A DNA stretch of 64,000 bases from the human T2T-CHM13v2.0 reference genome, Homo sapiens (GCF_009914755.1 NC_060944.1); one strand, 5' to 3'. Counted from the stretch's first letter, positions 23,726 through 38,159 are shown. Notes: generated by a model from the sequence alone, not told the origin. Made by a program: numbers and translations.

Positions 23726-24339
23726 GAAAATTATCCCCCACTAAACAATAGGATCTCACAGCTCACTCAAGCCCTGGAGCACATTGAGTGCCCTGGATGG
23801 GAATAATCCTCTGTTCAGAGAAAGAGGTGGGCATGATTTATTTATTCCAAGACGTGAGAAAGCATATGGCTGAGACGAAAGAGAGGCAAGACCCATACAC
23901 ACTTCAAAGAGGGAAACTTCCCGGGCCAAGGATAGAAAACAGTGAGACAACAACAACAAAAACCATATGTGTGTCCACAGAGAGGGCTCAGCTAGGGGGC
24001 TGGAAAATTGCACAGCGACAGAAAGCATAAAAAAGTGAGTTAGAGCTGCATGCACTAAAATATCACTTGTTAACACATTAGAAAATATTTTAGATATAAG
24101 AAAAGGGTATGAAGAATAACATGGTGAATACCCATGAACCACACCCAGCACACAAATTAAACTTTGTACAATGCATTTGAAGAGATTCTCTGTTGATGTA
24201 TTTGTAATAGTGTTAAGGAGAAGCTAAGCGGGTACTGAGTAGATGTTAAATTTAGAATTCACCCTCAGCTCCCCTTGCTTCCCCTGGGTTTTTCTTGATG
24301 GTGATGATCTCAAGGACCTTGCCTACTCCCTCTCCTCCT

Positions 24340-24493
24340 CAGGGGCAAGCAACCTAGGCATTCACACAGGGCCCAAGCTCAGAAGGGCCCACACTTGGTT
24401 TAATGCTTTACTGTCAACACCTTGAAACTGCTAACAACTTTTAGGCAACGGATCTCACATTTCATTTTGCATAAATTATGAAGCTAGGCCCCT
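24340..24493 (-). mobile_element. MER91A-like (hAT-Tip100 MITE)
   Basis: CACAGGGCCCAAGCTCAGAAGGGCCCACACTTGGTTTAATGC...CATTTCATTTTGCA...AAATTATG...GGCCC. Confidence 0.75.
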
Positions 24494-24562
24494 CCAGGTG
24501 TCTATCTAAGTGTCTTTCTCCAGCACAGCACAGTTGTTCCTAGGAGATTCCAAGGCTGTTGC

Positions 24563-25028
24563 CTATACTGGATTGAGCTGTGCCCCAAAGTTCATATGTT
24601 CGGGCTCTAACCTGCAAAACCTCACACTGTGACCTATTTAGAAATAGGCTCATGGCAGACGGAATTAATAAAGATGAGTTTGTATAGAGTGAAATGGGTC
24701 CCTAATTCAGTATGACTGGTGTCCTTAGAAAATGGGAAATTTGGACACTGGTACATACATAGAGAGAATACCCACTGAAGGTGAAGACAGAGATCAGGGT
24801 AGCATTTCTACAAGTGAAGGAAGGCCAAGGTTTGCCAGCAAACTGCAAGATGCTAGGATAGGAGCCTGGAATCACAGACCCACCCCTAGCAGCTTCAGAG
24901 GGAGCGCGATCCCGTTGACACCTTCATCTCAGATTTCTGGCCTCCAGAACTATGAGACGATCCTTTTCTGCTGTTTAAGCCCTGCCAGTTAGTGGTATTT
25001 TGCTGCAGCAGTCCCAGGAAACTCATAA
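24563..25028 (+). mobile_element. MaLR solo LTR, MLT1B/C-like
   Basis: AAAGTTCATATGTT...TATGACTGGTGTCCTTA...GAAATTTGGACAC...TTCTGGCCTCCAGAACTATGAGA...GCAGTCCCAGGAAACT. Confidence 0.85.
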
Positions 25029-26243
25029 CCTGCATTTCGTTCCTGACCAATCCCAGCTCTTCCTCTCAAGCTCTCAGGGCTCTGTTTGCCACCAGAGGTG
25101 ATAGCTGAGGAAGTCGGGGACAGTGGTGAAGTCCTGAGACCTATCAAGCCATCTTAGAGTTTTGTTGGGTTTACAGCACCATGCCCGTGAGACAGTGGGT
25201 GTCCCTCCCATGCACATAAGACCATGGGCCTTTGAAAGAACGACTTACCATGCAGGACATTGCTGTGAATTCAGACCTGGACCTGTCTCAACCCCTGAGT
25301 CTTGCCTGTCTGTGACCTTCTGTCAGATTTAGCCCTTTTCCATAACTCTCCCTTCACCACTGCCCAGGCTTTCAGCTCCTGCTCTGCCCTGCTGACTCGG
25401 CTTCTGTTCCCAGCTCACTGCATGGATTTTTGCATTCTGCTTTCAGGTTTCCTGTCCAAATTGACCCTTAGCCACTCCTGTTTCTGGCTGATTTGCTCAT
25501 CTCCTCTCTGGTAGCTTCCAGGGAACTTGTCCACTGCAGGATCTGAGATAACACCGGCTGTCGGGTGTTCCAGGTCATCGGGTGCTAAGGTTGCACAGTG
25601 TGTTCACTGGGACCTCTGGGGACAGTTTCTCACTGTGACTGTCTTCCTCAAACAGTGGCTCCAGTGGCAAGAATTTCAGACACAGTGTTAGCGAGCAGAG
25701 AGAGCATCACAGCAAGGTTGTCTCTGGCAACTTTGCACCTATGTGGGCCTGTGCACCGAGTGTGGCCTGGATCAGAGCAAGATGGGTGTTTACCAAGGAC
25801 AACTCGAGGGGGAATCATAACTATAGCCAACAAGGGGGCAGAAATGCAGTGGGACCAGGAACCAGAAAAGGAAGTGGAACAGACCAGCCTGGAATCAGAT
25901 AGGAAGAGAGAAACTGGGTCAGTCCCTGAGAAGGTTCCAGAAGCTGGATTTTACAAGGTGACAGCTCCAGGATGTGGAAATCAAGGGATTTCCCATAGGA
26001 TCGCTACCACACAGGCCAAAGAGGAGGCGTTTGAGGGCCAGGCGGACCGTGGGGTGCTTTCCTCCCACTTCGATCACTGTGCACAGCCAGACTTCCAACT
26101 GCTATCAGAGCAGGGACACTCAAACTGTTCCTTTTGGTGTTGGGGTTTCTTCCCTTCTTGTAGAAAGCTCTCCTAATCAAGAGCACTACTGGCCTGACAC
26201 TGGCTTCCACCAAATTCATTTTGATGTCAGTCATAAAAGTTAG

Positions 26244-26686
<443 letters not shown>

Positions 26687-27024
26687 TTTCCTTCTACTTA
26701 TTGCAATTAAGCCTAGGATTAAATTGAAAACCTAGTCATCTTAAAGAAATATTCAAAGTTAATGCGGCTATGTATTCATTATCTTAATTCCTATCTATTC
26801 TCTCCACTGATACCAGCTTTGACATTAGGTAACCCCTATCTGAGGAAGAGACATGCCTCTGTGGCCCCTCAATCCCTTTAATGTATATTCCTAACAGTTC
26901 TGGATGACAGGAGAACTCTGAGGACCAAATGCTAAGCCAAAGGCATAGTTACTTGTAATCAAAGTGAATGTAACCAGGTACCACAACAAATATACCAAAG
27001 GAGCTCATTTCAAGATATATTTGT

Positions 27025-28600
27025 TTACCCATCCATTAGAATGACTGAAATAAATGAAAAACAAACTATCAATTGTTGGTGAAGATGTGGAGCAACAAGA
27101 ACTCTCATTTGCTGCTGATGGGGATGCAAAATGGTACAGCCACATTGAAAGACTTGTCGACAATTTCTTACAAAGCTAAATGTAGTCTTATGAGGTCCAG
27201 CAATCATGCTCTTAGGTATTTATGTAGCTGATTTGAAACTCATGTCCACATAAAAATCTGTGGGTAAATGCCTCTAGCAACTTTCTTCATATCACCATCT
27301 GGTAGCAACCAGAATGTCCATCTGTAGGTGATTGAAAAACAAACTGTGGTGCGTTCATTAAGTAGAATACTACTGTTTAATAAAGAATGATATAGCCAGC
27401 CACACAAAGACATGGATGAACCTTGAATGCATTTTGCTAAGTGCAAAAAGCAAGTGTCAAAGGCTGCATACTATATGCTTCCAATTATATGACATTCTGG
27501 AAAAGGCAAAACTACAAAGATGATAAACAGATCTGTGGTTGCCAGGGTTTGAGAGGAGGTGGGTTAAATAGGTGAACCTGGGAAATTTTTTTTCTTTCTT
27601 TTTTTTTTTTTTTTTTGTTGTTGTTGCAGGCTGGAGTGCAGTGGCATGATCTCAGCTCACTGCAACCTCCGCCTCCTTGGTTCAAGTGATTCTTGTGCCT
27701 CAGCCTCCTGAGTAGCTGAGACTACAGGTGCCCACCACCACACCCGGCTAATTTTTGTATTTTTAGTAGAGATGGGGTTTCACCATGTTGGTCAGGATGG
27801 TCTCAATCTCCTGACCTCATGATCTGCCTGCCTCAGCTTCCCAAAGTGCTAGGACTACTGGTGTGAGCCACCACACCCAGACAAACCTAGGAAATTATTC
27901 ATAGCAGTTAATCTAGTCTGAATGATAGTATAATGGCACTATGCATTTGTCAAAACCCACATTACCATAAGGTTCACTGTAGTACACCTTAATGTAAACA
28001 AATTTTAAAAAATAATTTAGGAGGTTGGAGGGAGTAAGGATAGAAGACTGAATGTGACATAAGAATATAACTGCATTGCAGATGTATGACACAACCTCAC
28101 TGAAGGTGCTGGGGGAAAAGGTGCCAACTAAATAACTCTGAAATTGAGTATCATGTGCAGACTGCAGGCAAAGGGAACTGCACATAGCACTGTACTCTAG
28201 TTGTTAACATTCTTTCTCTCAGGGTTGTGGGTTAACAGTTCTGACACTCCTCTATGTGCATACTGGAGTTGAATAAGTAAATGGATAGTGGATGGTAGGA
28301 GCCAGATTTCTCACTGCTGGAGTGAAAATTTACAGAAAAGCAAGGGGAGGACGCTGGAATAATCCATGTGGTAATGAATTAGAGTTGCAGACATGAGTAT
28401 GAATTCATGTTCGGATAATGTAAAGGAAGATGATTATATATAAAAATATTTCTATATATGTATATACAAGATTAACATAAACACATATATTTCCTAACAC
28501 TGTCAGGTGAGAGGGCCTGGAAGCAGTAACATCTTAGCAGTGATGAGCACATCTAGGCTCTTGATTTCTAATCCAAAAAAGGAATAAATACATAAATAGA
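27025..28600 (+). mobile_element. L1MC/L1MD-type 3' region interrupted by an Alu
   Basis: GTTGGTGAAGATGTGGAGCAACAAGAACTCTCAT...GACATTCTGGAAAAGGCAAAACTA...GCATTTGTCAAAACCCA...GGAGCCAGATTTCTCACTG. Confidence 0.8.
27586..27882 (-). mobile_element. AluS (Sc-like), with a short deletion next to the tail
   Basis: Alu body with GGATGGTCTCAATCTCCTGACCTCATGATC; TSD AACCT(G/A)GGAAATT. Confidence 0.9.
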
Positions 28601-29399
28601 GGAGAATACACAAATCGCCTGTGCGGTGATTTGACAGCCGTCATTTCTGGGTATCTAAGAACACTCATTGAAGAACTCAGAGAAACTCTGCTTCGAGGTA
28701 TGTTTTCGGCATAGAATGCTTTTCTTAGGCCGCATGGACTGCTAGCGCTGCATCCAGTGGAAATTTCTTCAAAACTTCCATTTTCACTGTGTTGGAGCAA
28801 TGATGAAACAGATGAAACCAGGGTCCTGACAGTCCACAGCTTCTTGCTAAGGGTTTCCAAGTTCTGTCCCTAGTTGTCATCTTCATAATTTTACCTCAAG
28901 CTTTCTAGGTTTTATTTCTAAGTTGTTTATGCCTTAAGGATCCTCTTCAAATATTAGAATTTCTGACTGAAATTTTCCAGGACACACAGTCTATCTTTTG
29001 TGTACCTCCTCTCTATTTCATTCTAGCACTACTGCCCTTAAGCCCTCCTGAATTCCCATAAAAAATGTGTCTTGTATCTAATATCGTGCAGACAGTCTGC
29101 TATGTCAGAGACACAATGTCAACCGGAAGTGTGCTGCCCTCAAGGATCTCATGATCTGCTTGGGAAAATACACTAGACACACAATTAATCAGCATGTAAT
29201 AAGATAGGCAAAACCAATAAGTATTTTGCAAAGTGCCACAGGAACATGGAAAATGGAAAGAGGAGCCTTGAGGAGTGAATATTTGTTGACTTTGTGCTGG
29301 CCTCTGACAGCTGCCTTGGGGAAATGTCTTCTGCCAGCTTCATGGGATTCATCTGAGGCTCTACACTTCCTCCCACTGGGATCATCGCACACTCCACCC

Positions 29400-29780
29400 C
29401 AGCAGATCTGAGCATCCTCATCCCTTGGGCACTGTAACTGGTTCAGGGATAGAGACGTGATAAATGGGTCCATCAGAGCCTGTTGGGGGATTCATATGGT
29501 TATCATGAAGGAAAACCATCTCTCTGCTTCCAGGACCATCAGTGCTAAGCAACATGGAAGCCTGGAGCAGCAGGGCCCATCTTTGCTTCCATTTGCAGAC
29601 AATCTACCAGAGAATCAAACCAACAGAAAAGGCAGCAGGAATGAGGAGAGGGACAGACCAATGCCTGGAACAGTGTTTGAGCTCCTGGATTCAGCCATGC
29701 CTGGAGGGAGCCCTACTTCTTAGCCTCCCATTTACATGAGTCAATAAATGACCTTCTTTGCTTAAGCAACTCCAACTAAG
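29400..29780 (+). mobile_element. MaLR LTR, MLT1J/K-like
   Basis: CTGGTTCAGGGATAG...TTTGAGCTCCTGGATTCAGCCATGCCTGGAG...TTACATGAGTCAATAAAT...TTTGCTTAAGC. Confidence 0.65.
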
Positions 29781-30929
29781 CCAAAGCCTGGGCCAGTCCC
29801 TCCCATGTGTGTAATGGAATTCCGGCTGGCTGTTGCTCTCCCAGCCCATCTTATTCCATGAAGCTGCTCAATAATTGTAGAATTAATTAACCTAAAGAAA
29901 CACTCGGATTATTTTTACTAAAAAAATCAGAAAACTTTTAAGGCTACTGAATGACCTATGACATTCTTAGCCTGATAAGCCTCCTAGGATCTAAGCAAAC
30001 CTACTCCTTTTGTATATTGTATGATTCCACAGAAGAGGAAATACTCCTAATTTTCCCAATCATGCTGCATTCTTTCTTACCCAGGAGCCGCTGCTCTTTC
30101 TGTCACTGCATTCAAATCCACCCTTCCATCTGTTCCTGCATCCCCTGCACCAGCCTTACGTCCCAGGTGCAAGAGCCCTCTTCATTCTGGAAGCTTCGTT
30201 CACATTTCTTACAGCACAGTCCTACCACCCCTTGCACGGTGTTTGTTTAGACAGATGTTCTCTTCTTCTTCACTGGAGTGTGATCTTCCTGAGAACAGGG
30301 TTTCAGTGCAATCCTGAGTCACCTTTGTATGCCTGAAAAAATCTGGAATACTTCCTTGTGTACCATAGTACTTCCATAAAAGACTGACAGATGGAGGAGT
30401 GAACAAATGAACAAAAGAGGGATTATTTTGGGTGCACATCAATGATACTAATTGTCTGGATAAGGGGGAGAACGGGAAACGGCCCCTGTTTCCTCTCCTT
30501 TTGTGGCCATCACAAACCAGAATAACTATCAAGAGCGTGAAGACATTCTTCACTTCTGGTTTTTTTTGAACAGTTGTTAAAACTTCAGTGGCCATTTCCA
30601 GCCCAGGCTGCCAGGGGAAAAGGCAACATAATCTTTTCTGCGTAGTAGAAGACACAGTTGGCTGACCCTGTAGTTTACACTAAGCCCAAATGCTTATGTG
30701 ATCTTGGCAATTATTTTCTGTTTGGGATCTCACATTGCTTAGTGATATTGGAGCTTGATGTGGGTAGGGATGCATGGTTGGGTGACTTTGAGTCTAGTAT
30801 AAGACCTAGTTCTTTGTCATGAAAGTTTCCATGAGGTTCCATGTAATATTTTTAAAATCTGCCATTAGCGCTTGCTGTCTTATTCTTATGTTTGTTGTTG
30901 TTTTACTGCCAGGCCTTCGGCCAACCACA

Positions 30930-31095
30930 GCATGCCTCAGTTTTCTCCTATATATAAAATGGGCATGGTGATAGTGACCGCCACATCGGGTTGCTTGAAG
31001 ATTAAATGAGTTAATACATATAAAGATTTAGAACAGAGGTTAACACCTAGTAAGTGCACACCAACCACTTACTAATTTTCAAATCATTATCATTA
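30930..31095 (+). mobile_element. MIR SINE
   Basis: GCCTCAGTTTTCTCC...AAAATGGG...GAAGATTAAATGAGTTAATACATATAAAG...TAGTAAGTGC. Confidence 0.8.
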
Positions 31096-31110
31096 ACGTG
31101 GGCATGATGG

Positions 31111-31143
31111 TGGAGGACCCAGATCCTGGAGGACCCAGATCCT
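31111..31143. repeat. Perfect 16-bp tandem duplication (TGGAGGACCCAGATCC x2)
   Basis: Adjacent identical copies. Confidence 0.9.
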
Positions 31144-31847
31144 ACAGCTGTTTGTGGAATAAGAGTATGCTTGCTGGAAAAAGGCATGGGGTATCTGTTG
31201 TTGGGGAGGGCTGAGGCAGTGGTGAAGGAGGCAGCCCTGAGGTTTGGAAGGCAGATGGACACAGGGCTCCCACTTCATATGTGTGCCAGTTTGGAGCAAG
31301 GTCAGCTTTCTGGCATCCCAGCATCTTGGCACCCTACACCCTGGATCAAGACCAGGCAAAGCTGGGGCAGGACAGGCGACAGGGTGAAAGGGCCATGGGG
31401 GAGCCTCACAGCTTCCAAACCTTCCTTCCAAACCCCTCTTCGCTCATGAAGGGCTGACGTCACTTCCACTCGTCCTGACCCCTGCCTTGGGGAGCAGTAG
31501 CCAGTGAGCCTGCTGTGCTTTGGGAGTCCCCAAGCCCAATTCTAAGCTGTGTGTTTTGGCTATCACTGGCTCCAACCCTAAACAGAGAAGCCGCTTTAAG
31601 AGGCACAGCAGTGAGGGCTCTTGGAGAACAGAACCAGTTGGAGGCAGCTGAAAGGGGGAATTTTTATGAGGACATAGTGAGAATCATGAAAGCCAGCTGC
31701 CTGGAGATAGCAGAAGCAGGCCTCTGGGCAGCACACGAGCCAGCACCAGGAGGCCCTTCTCATCCCTGCTCCTCTCCACACAGTAGCTTCTTCCTTCCCG
31801 TGGATGTGAGTTCCTGATAGAATGTGTTTATTTATTGATTCATTCCA

Positions 31848-32185
31848 TTAACTTTTATTTTAGGTTCAGGGGTACATGTACAGGTTTGTTATATAGGTAA
31901 ATTGCATGTCACGGAGGTTTAGTGTACAGATTATTTTGTCACCCAAGTAACAAGCATAGTACCCAGTAGGTAGGTTTTGATCCTCACCCTCCTCCCAAAC
32001 TCCATTCTCCAGTAGGCCCCGGTGCCTGTGGTTCCCCTCTTTGCATCCATATGCACTTGAGGTTTAGCTCCCACTTCCAAGTGAGAACATATGGTATCTG
32101 GTTTTCTGTTCCTGCACTGGTTTGCTTAGGATAAGGGCCTGCAGCCCCATCCATGCTGCTACAAAGGGCTTGCATTTAGTTCTTT
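31848..32185 (-). mobile_element. L1PA13-16-type 3' end, 5' truncated
   Basis: AACTTTTATTTTAGGTTCAGGGGTACATGTACAGGTTTGTTATATAGGTAAATTGCATGTCAC...TTTAGCTCCCACTT...GAGAACAT. Confidence 0.9.
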
Positions 32186-34529
32186 CCAGGTTCAAAAGGC
32201 AGCTCATTGCCTCCTGCTCTGCATAACAAATACCCAAAGGAGGAGAATGCCATTCACCCAGTTGACTTTAGGTGTCTTCACTGATCCGATCCCTTCTGGC
32301 CTCTGAGGGTTTATCCTTGTGGGTCAGGAAGGAAGAGGGGCCATTTAAAAAAAAATGGTTCCCAAAAATGTTGATTTCCCATCAACCAAGGGCACAGGAG
32401 GAAACCAGGATTTCCTATAGGACCTTTAAGGTCTCCTTGTCCTTAAGCTTCTTCTGTGTTTCCAGTCAACACGGCTAGGACTTCACTTCTCAGCAGGATC
32501 CTGGATTCCCCAGGCAATGACAAATTCACCCGTATCCAGAGCCAGGTCAAACTGCTGAAGACAAACCATTCCCAGGAAAAGGCACACATTCCTGGCCAAT
32601 TTATATGACACCTGGAGGAGAAACAGCCGTGGAGAAGGTAAAACTCCAGGCTGCACCTCTTCTTTCTGCTGTGGTTGATTGGAAAGGACAGCACTGTCTG
32701 ATGGGATTTACTGTTTTGTCTCTTCGGACCTGAAAGTTTGTTTTGTACTTGCAAATCTGGACCCGCTGTCACCTTGTAACACCCTCCCCCTGAAACCTTG
32801 AATGACAAGAAGATTAATGAAAACTGGCACCTGCTCACTCCCTTTTTGCATTGTCACCCACCCTGAGGGAGACGCAGATCTGATGATTTCGAAAAGGTTC
32901 TTGGGGATTTGGCCACAGTCTCCTTTCAGATTCGGCAGTCCTGGAGTGTGAGAGCTGTCAGAGTCGAGCCTGGAGTTTTAGAATTACTTAGCTCTAAGGG
33001 GCCGAAGCCTACAAACTGGTACGGTGCTTCTCCAACATTAGGAAATATGGTGTCCTTTTTTTTTGTGGGTGGGAGGAGGGGTATTAAAGAGGCAGTGATT
33101 TAAATAATTGAAATTTGGAGCTCAGTGTGACTCTGAGATGAGACGTCATTTACTTTAAAAAATCAGAAGTGTGTCTGTTCTCCCTGCAGAGAGCTGCCTG
33201 GATTCCTTTCCTGAACCGCCTGCTTGGCCACACCTCCTGACATCCTGTGCTGAGCTGAGTGAAAACTCCACGCTGGGAGAAAAAATGCATGAGGAAAGAG
33301 GTTGGTCTAAGGACGGGTTTCTACTTGTTTTGTAGTTTTCTGGGGGTAAAACAAATTACATTGCCACAGAAACTTCATTTTCTATATATTTTTCAAGAAG
33401 TTTTTCAGCAGATTTAGAAACTGTACAAAGATAAGAGCAGACACAGTAGCACAATTTAAACAGAGTTCAATAGAATCTGATTTATACTCATGATCCCAGA
33501 GACCAGAGCATGTATTAATAAACCATCTCTGGGGGAAACCCATGTTAACATTCCAAAACTTATCCCAGGTTGAATCTTCTGCTATATATCGTCGGACATT
33601 AAAATTCCCTGAAGAACTTCAGACTGCAATTTTGCTTTGCAGAAAGTCGGATAATATCACGTCCTCTGGCTCATTTCTCAGCGAGTAAAGATGCAGACAC
33701 CAGGAGACGTCTCTGGGCTAAAAAACAGTGAGGCATTCTGCTGGTATCCATGTCGGTGCTGGCTCCAGACATGGCAGGGTTTATCTTGCCTCTGGTGGCC
33801 TATGTCTGCAACCAGGATGGTCACCTGTTAAAATGCATGCAGTGTGCTCGGGTACGTCACTTCCAACAGCCTTCTTTCGTGAACGGCTATGATGCACAGG
33901 TAATTGGCAATATGTAATTGCTCAACACTGTCATTCTCAGGTAATGCATCTATTTTTTTAATAGCTCACTAAGACATGACATAAAGAACAATGTTCAGTT
34001 CCCACAAGCATGCAATTGGTCCCAACATGTGCATGAATGGGTGCATTGCCACATGATATGATGGAATTTTTTAATCTTGCTTGCTGTGCTTAAAGGAGCT
34101 GAGAAATGCTTCACAGCAAAGGCAAGAATGTGTTTGAAGAGGAGGAAGCATGCTTTATTTCCTGTCTAAAAAGTTCCTTCTCCATCTACTTCATCAAAGA
34201 GATGATTATTTTAATCCAGCTGATCAACAGCACAGGAAGAAACTGCCCCTGCTTCTTCACAGAGCATAAGTGTCACTTTGAGGAGGTCACTAGACCTTTG
34301 TAGGCCTCAGGCTTGACACTGGCCATGTGGAGATCGTAATCATCGAAGAACGTCAAGGAGGAAGGCTGTCCAGAGCTAGTCCTGACATTCCTTAAAGGTC
34401 ATCTTCCCAGCCCCGCCTCGCCTCAGAATGAGCGTGATCTCAAAATAAAAGGCACTCATTTAATTTGAATACATTTTTATCAAGCCAGTCTTATAATATT
34501 GTTCAAAACATTTCACATTGTGTTCTTTT

Positions 34530-35525
34530 AAATTAACTTTTTGTTTTAGGTTAATTTTAGGTTTATAGAATTATTATAAAGATAATACAAACAATTCCCA
34601 TAAACCACACACCCTCTTATCTCTATCCACATCTTACATTAGTATGGCATGTTAGTCAATAAACCTACCAGTAAACTAAAGTTGATGAATTATTATTAAT
34701 TCATGTATAGACTGTATTCAAATTTCCTTCATGTTTCCCTAATGTTTACTTTCTGTTCCAGGATCCCACCCAGGATTCCACGCTACATTTGGTTGTGTCT
34801 GCAGCTCCTCCAGGCAGCGAAAGTTTCTCGTACTTTCCTTGTTTTTGATGACCTTGACAGTTTTGAGATGTATTGGCCAGATATTTGATGGAGTGCCCCT
34901 CAAGGGGGATTTGTCTTATGTTTTTGTCATGGTTGGGCTAAGGTTGTCAGTTCTGGGGAGGAAGAGGACAGAGCGGAAGTGCCATTCTTGTCACCTTCCG
35001 TCCAGGGTATGTGGTACCAGTGTGACTTAAGCTGCTGACGTTGACCTTGGTCACCAGGCTCAAGGTGGTGTCAGGGCTCTCCCCTGCACTTTCGCGTTCT
35101 CTCCATTTCCACACTGCACTCTGTGTCCATGCTTCGAGGTGGGAGTTAGCGCCACCTCCCAGAGAGTCGGCTATCTAACAAAATTATCCAGAATTCTTCT
35201 GCAAAGGAGATTTGTGTCTTCTCCCCCATTTATTTGTGTATCCAACATTTATTTATATCACTAATGGACTACAGATATTTATTTTATATTTTGGGTTGTA
35301 ATCCAATACCACTTTATTTATTTTGTTGTTCCAATTATTTCAGCTTCAGCTGTTGGGGCATCTTCAGTGGCTCCTGTGTCTTTTTGCCATAACGCCGTCA
35401 TTGAAACTGGAGGTTTTGTTGTTGTTTTGGAACATTCTTACTTCCAAGACCTACAGGATGCTCCAGGCTCATCTTGTCCATTTCTTGCCCCAGTCCCAGA
35501 ATCAGCCATTTTTCTAAGAACCCCA
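34530..35525 (-). mobile_element. L1MC3/4-type 3' end
   Basis: TTTTAGGTTTATAGAATTATT...CTGTTCCAGGATCCCACCCAGGATTCCAC...GATGACCTTGACAGTTTTGAG...GATGCTCCAGGCTCATCTTG. Confidence 0.8.
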
Positions 35526-36540
35526 GGAGGAGAGTAGTAGAAATATTTGGAGAATATTAGAATTCCAGTTGTGCTTTATTTCTGGAGAAAACTTCCAGCC
35601 TCTGGACCACATAGTATTTTGGTTGATTCTCACTAAAAGTTTAGGTGGTAGGCATTCTCATTAACCCCAGGTTACAGATGAAATGTGTAGAAGGGTCTGG
35701 TTAGGATGTGGTGGAGGCAGAAATGAGACCCAGATGGATACAGCTCCTCACTGCCCCCTGACGATTCCAGTGTCCTCTCTGTTGCATTCCCCTTCGTTCC
35801 TTCTGGTGCAGCGGCTGCGGAAGCAGACATAGCATGGTACTAGAAAGGATGGGAGAACAACTGCAGTGCTGGTGTGGCCGTGGGTGCTGAGCTCCCTGGG
35901 GTTGCAGATTGTGATACAGGTCGGTGACCGTTCCCTGGCCCTGGTTGACCAGGTTACTGTGACCTTAACATCCTCTGACACATCTTCTAACCTTTCACGT
36001 CAGATGTGCTCTTGGAGGACAGGCCGCCACCCTAAGAGCTTTCACCATCACAGACTGCCCGCCTGTCTGCCCATCGCCCTGCAGGCCTGGCCAGCTGCTG
36101 GCACAATGGCTGCCGCGGAAGCCCTCACTTGGATCTGAACGTTTCTCCCCCATGTTCAGTTAAATTAACTCAACTAGTAACAAGGGGTTGGCACTTTGTA
36201 TTCCAGGGAGGGTGGATTAGAGTCATTTCCATTAGCCCTAATTGAGGCCCTAAAGGGAAATTTAATTTATACCCCAAAACACTGCTACATTCTGAAGTCA
36301 GCGGCGTGATTTGAGAGAAACGTGAGATGTGGCGGTTTAAAAATAGGTCCATTTTTCCTGAGGGAAGAAGCTGGTTTTAGCCTTTCAATTTGAAAATATT
36401 CTAACACCATTGTATGGGGGAAATTGTTTCAACTTAAAAAAATACTAGTTCCAAAAGAACCCCTGAAGCCCCAGCATTTATACTTAGGCTCCAATTTGCC
36501 TAGGCCCTTCACTTGGATCCGAGGCACTGTGTCCACCATC

Positions 36541-36883
36541 TGGGCAGAGCCCTTTGCCTGGGTGTCCAGGCACAGCCCCTTGTCTGGGTGTCCGGGCAGA
36601 GCCCCTTGTCTGGGTGTCCGGGCAGAGCCCCTTGTCTGGGTGTCTGGGCAGAGCCCCTTGCGTGGGGGCCTGGGCAGAGCCCCTTGCCTGGGTGTCTGGG
36701 CAGAGTTGCTTGCCTGGGTGTCTGGGCAGAGCCCCTTTTGTGGGGGCCTGGGCAGAGCCCCTTGTCTGGGTGTCTGGGCAGAGCCCCTTGTCTGGGTGCC
36801 TGGGCAGAGCCCCTTGTCTGGTTGTCCTGGCAGAGCTCCTTGCCTGGGTGTCTGGGCAGAGCTCTTCGCCTGGATGGCTGGGC
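36541..36883. repeat. GC-rich minisatellite, 13 x 26 bp (TGGGCAGAGCCCCTTGTCTGGGTGTC)
   Basis: Exact 26-bp register with no indels (units at 36541, 36567, 36593 ... 36853). Confidence 0.97.
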
Positions 36884-37439
36884 CGTTCCTCCTTACTGAC
36901 TGCTTTGTACAAGGTGCCTTGTCATCAACTTCCATCCAAAGGGGAATGGGGATGTTCCCCTGAATCATGCACAGTCACCTACAGGCAGAGAGAGAAGGTG
37001 CCTAATGACATGTTGTTAGGGAAAATAGCTAACATGTGCCTTGGAATAACTAATTTCTTGTGAAATGGAGCTATTTCTTTCTTCACTGCCTCTACTGAGA
37101 TAAAATAAAGGGGCCCCGGCATTGCCGAGGGAAAAGCAGAACGATCTGTGCAAACATTTCATTTGTATAAACAGCTTCCCTTATGACATGGGTACTATTT
37201 GGGATTATTTTTAAGACAATAAAAGGTAGTTCATAGCTGTTTTTCTGTTGTTTGCTCATTTTGACACAAAAATTTAGAGTGAGGAAAGGGAAATAGAAAG
37301 ATAAATAAGATCTGAGCAAAAACAAAGAAGAAAGAGATAAAATACACCAGACAAAACCACTATGTATTCTTGACTTAAACAAATAAGGCAATTGCATAAA
37401 CTTTGAGGTGGAAGAGTCAACCAGAATGATAAAACCTCA

Positions 37440-37757
<318 letters not shown>

Positions 37758-38159
37758 TCAAAAATTGGAAGATCAACACAAAAAAGGGTAAACCACCAAA
37801 GTCTGGTGAGAATTTCTATGTCTTGGTCACTCCAAATGCCAATGGATGAAGAAGGTGGAATTGATGATTGATCAACAGGAAAGGCTCAAGTGGGCAGAGG
37901 CCCTTAAAATTCTTCTAAGCACTCCATTTTTTTATGCTTGGTTCTTATTGCCTAGGTTTCCCAGTGAGATAGTTCACAGGCCCCTAATCTACACACCCCA
38001 ATAGCTGAGACTCTTCCAGCAAAGCCAAGGGTGCAGGTTTCCTAAGGGAGACTTGAACCCAGAACCCAGTGCAATGGGAATAAGCTTCTGCCCAGCTGAG
38101 AGGAAATGCCCTCCCTCAACTTTCACTGTTTCATTGGGCCCCTGGGCCCCACTGTACAG

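Noticed and set aside
25598-26176. 192-aa ORF in unique sequence
   Set aside because: Non-ATG start, no recognisable homology or domain, no promoter or splice support
35147-35165. CTCF-like motif AGGTGGCGCTA on the minus strand
   Set aside because: Lacks the conserved CC at the 5' core and lies within an old L1
36424-37063. Five overlapping 128-179 aa ORFs
   Set aside because: Caused by a stop-free 26-bp minisatellite
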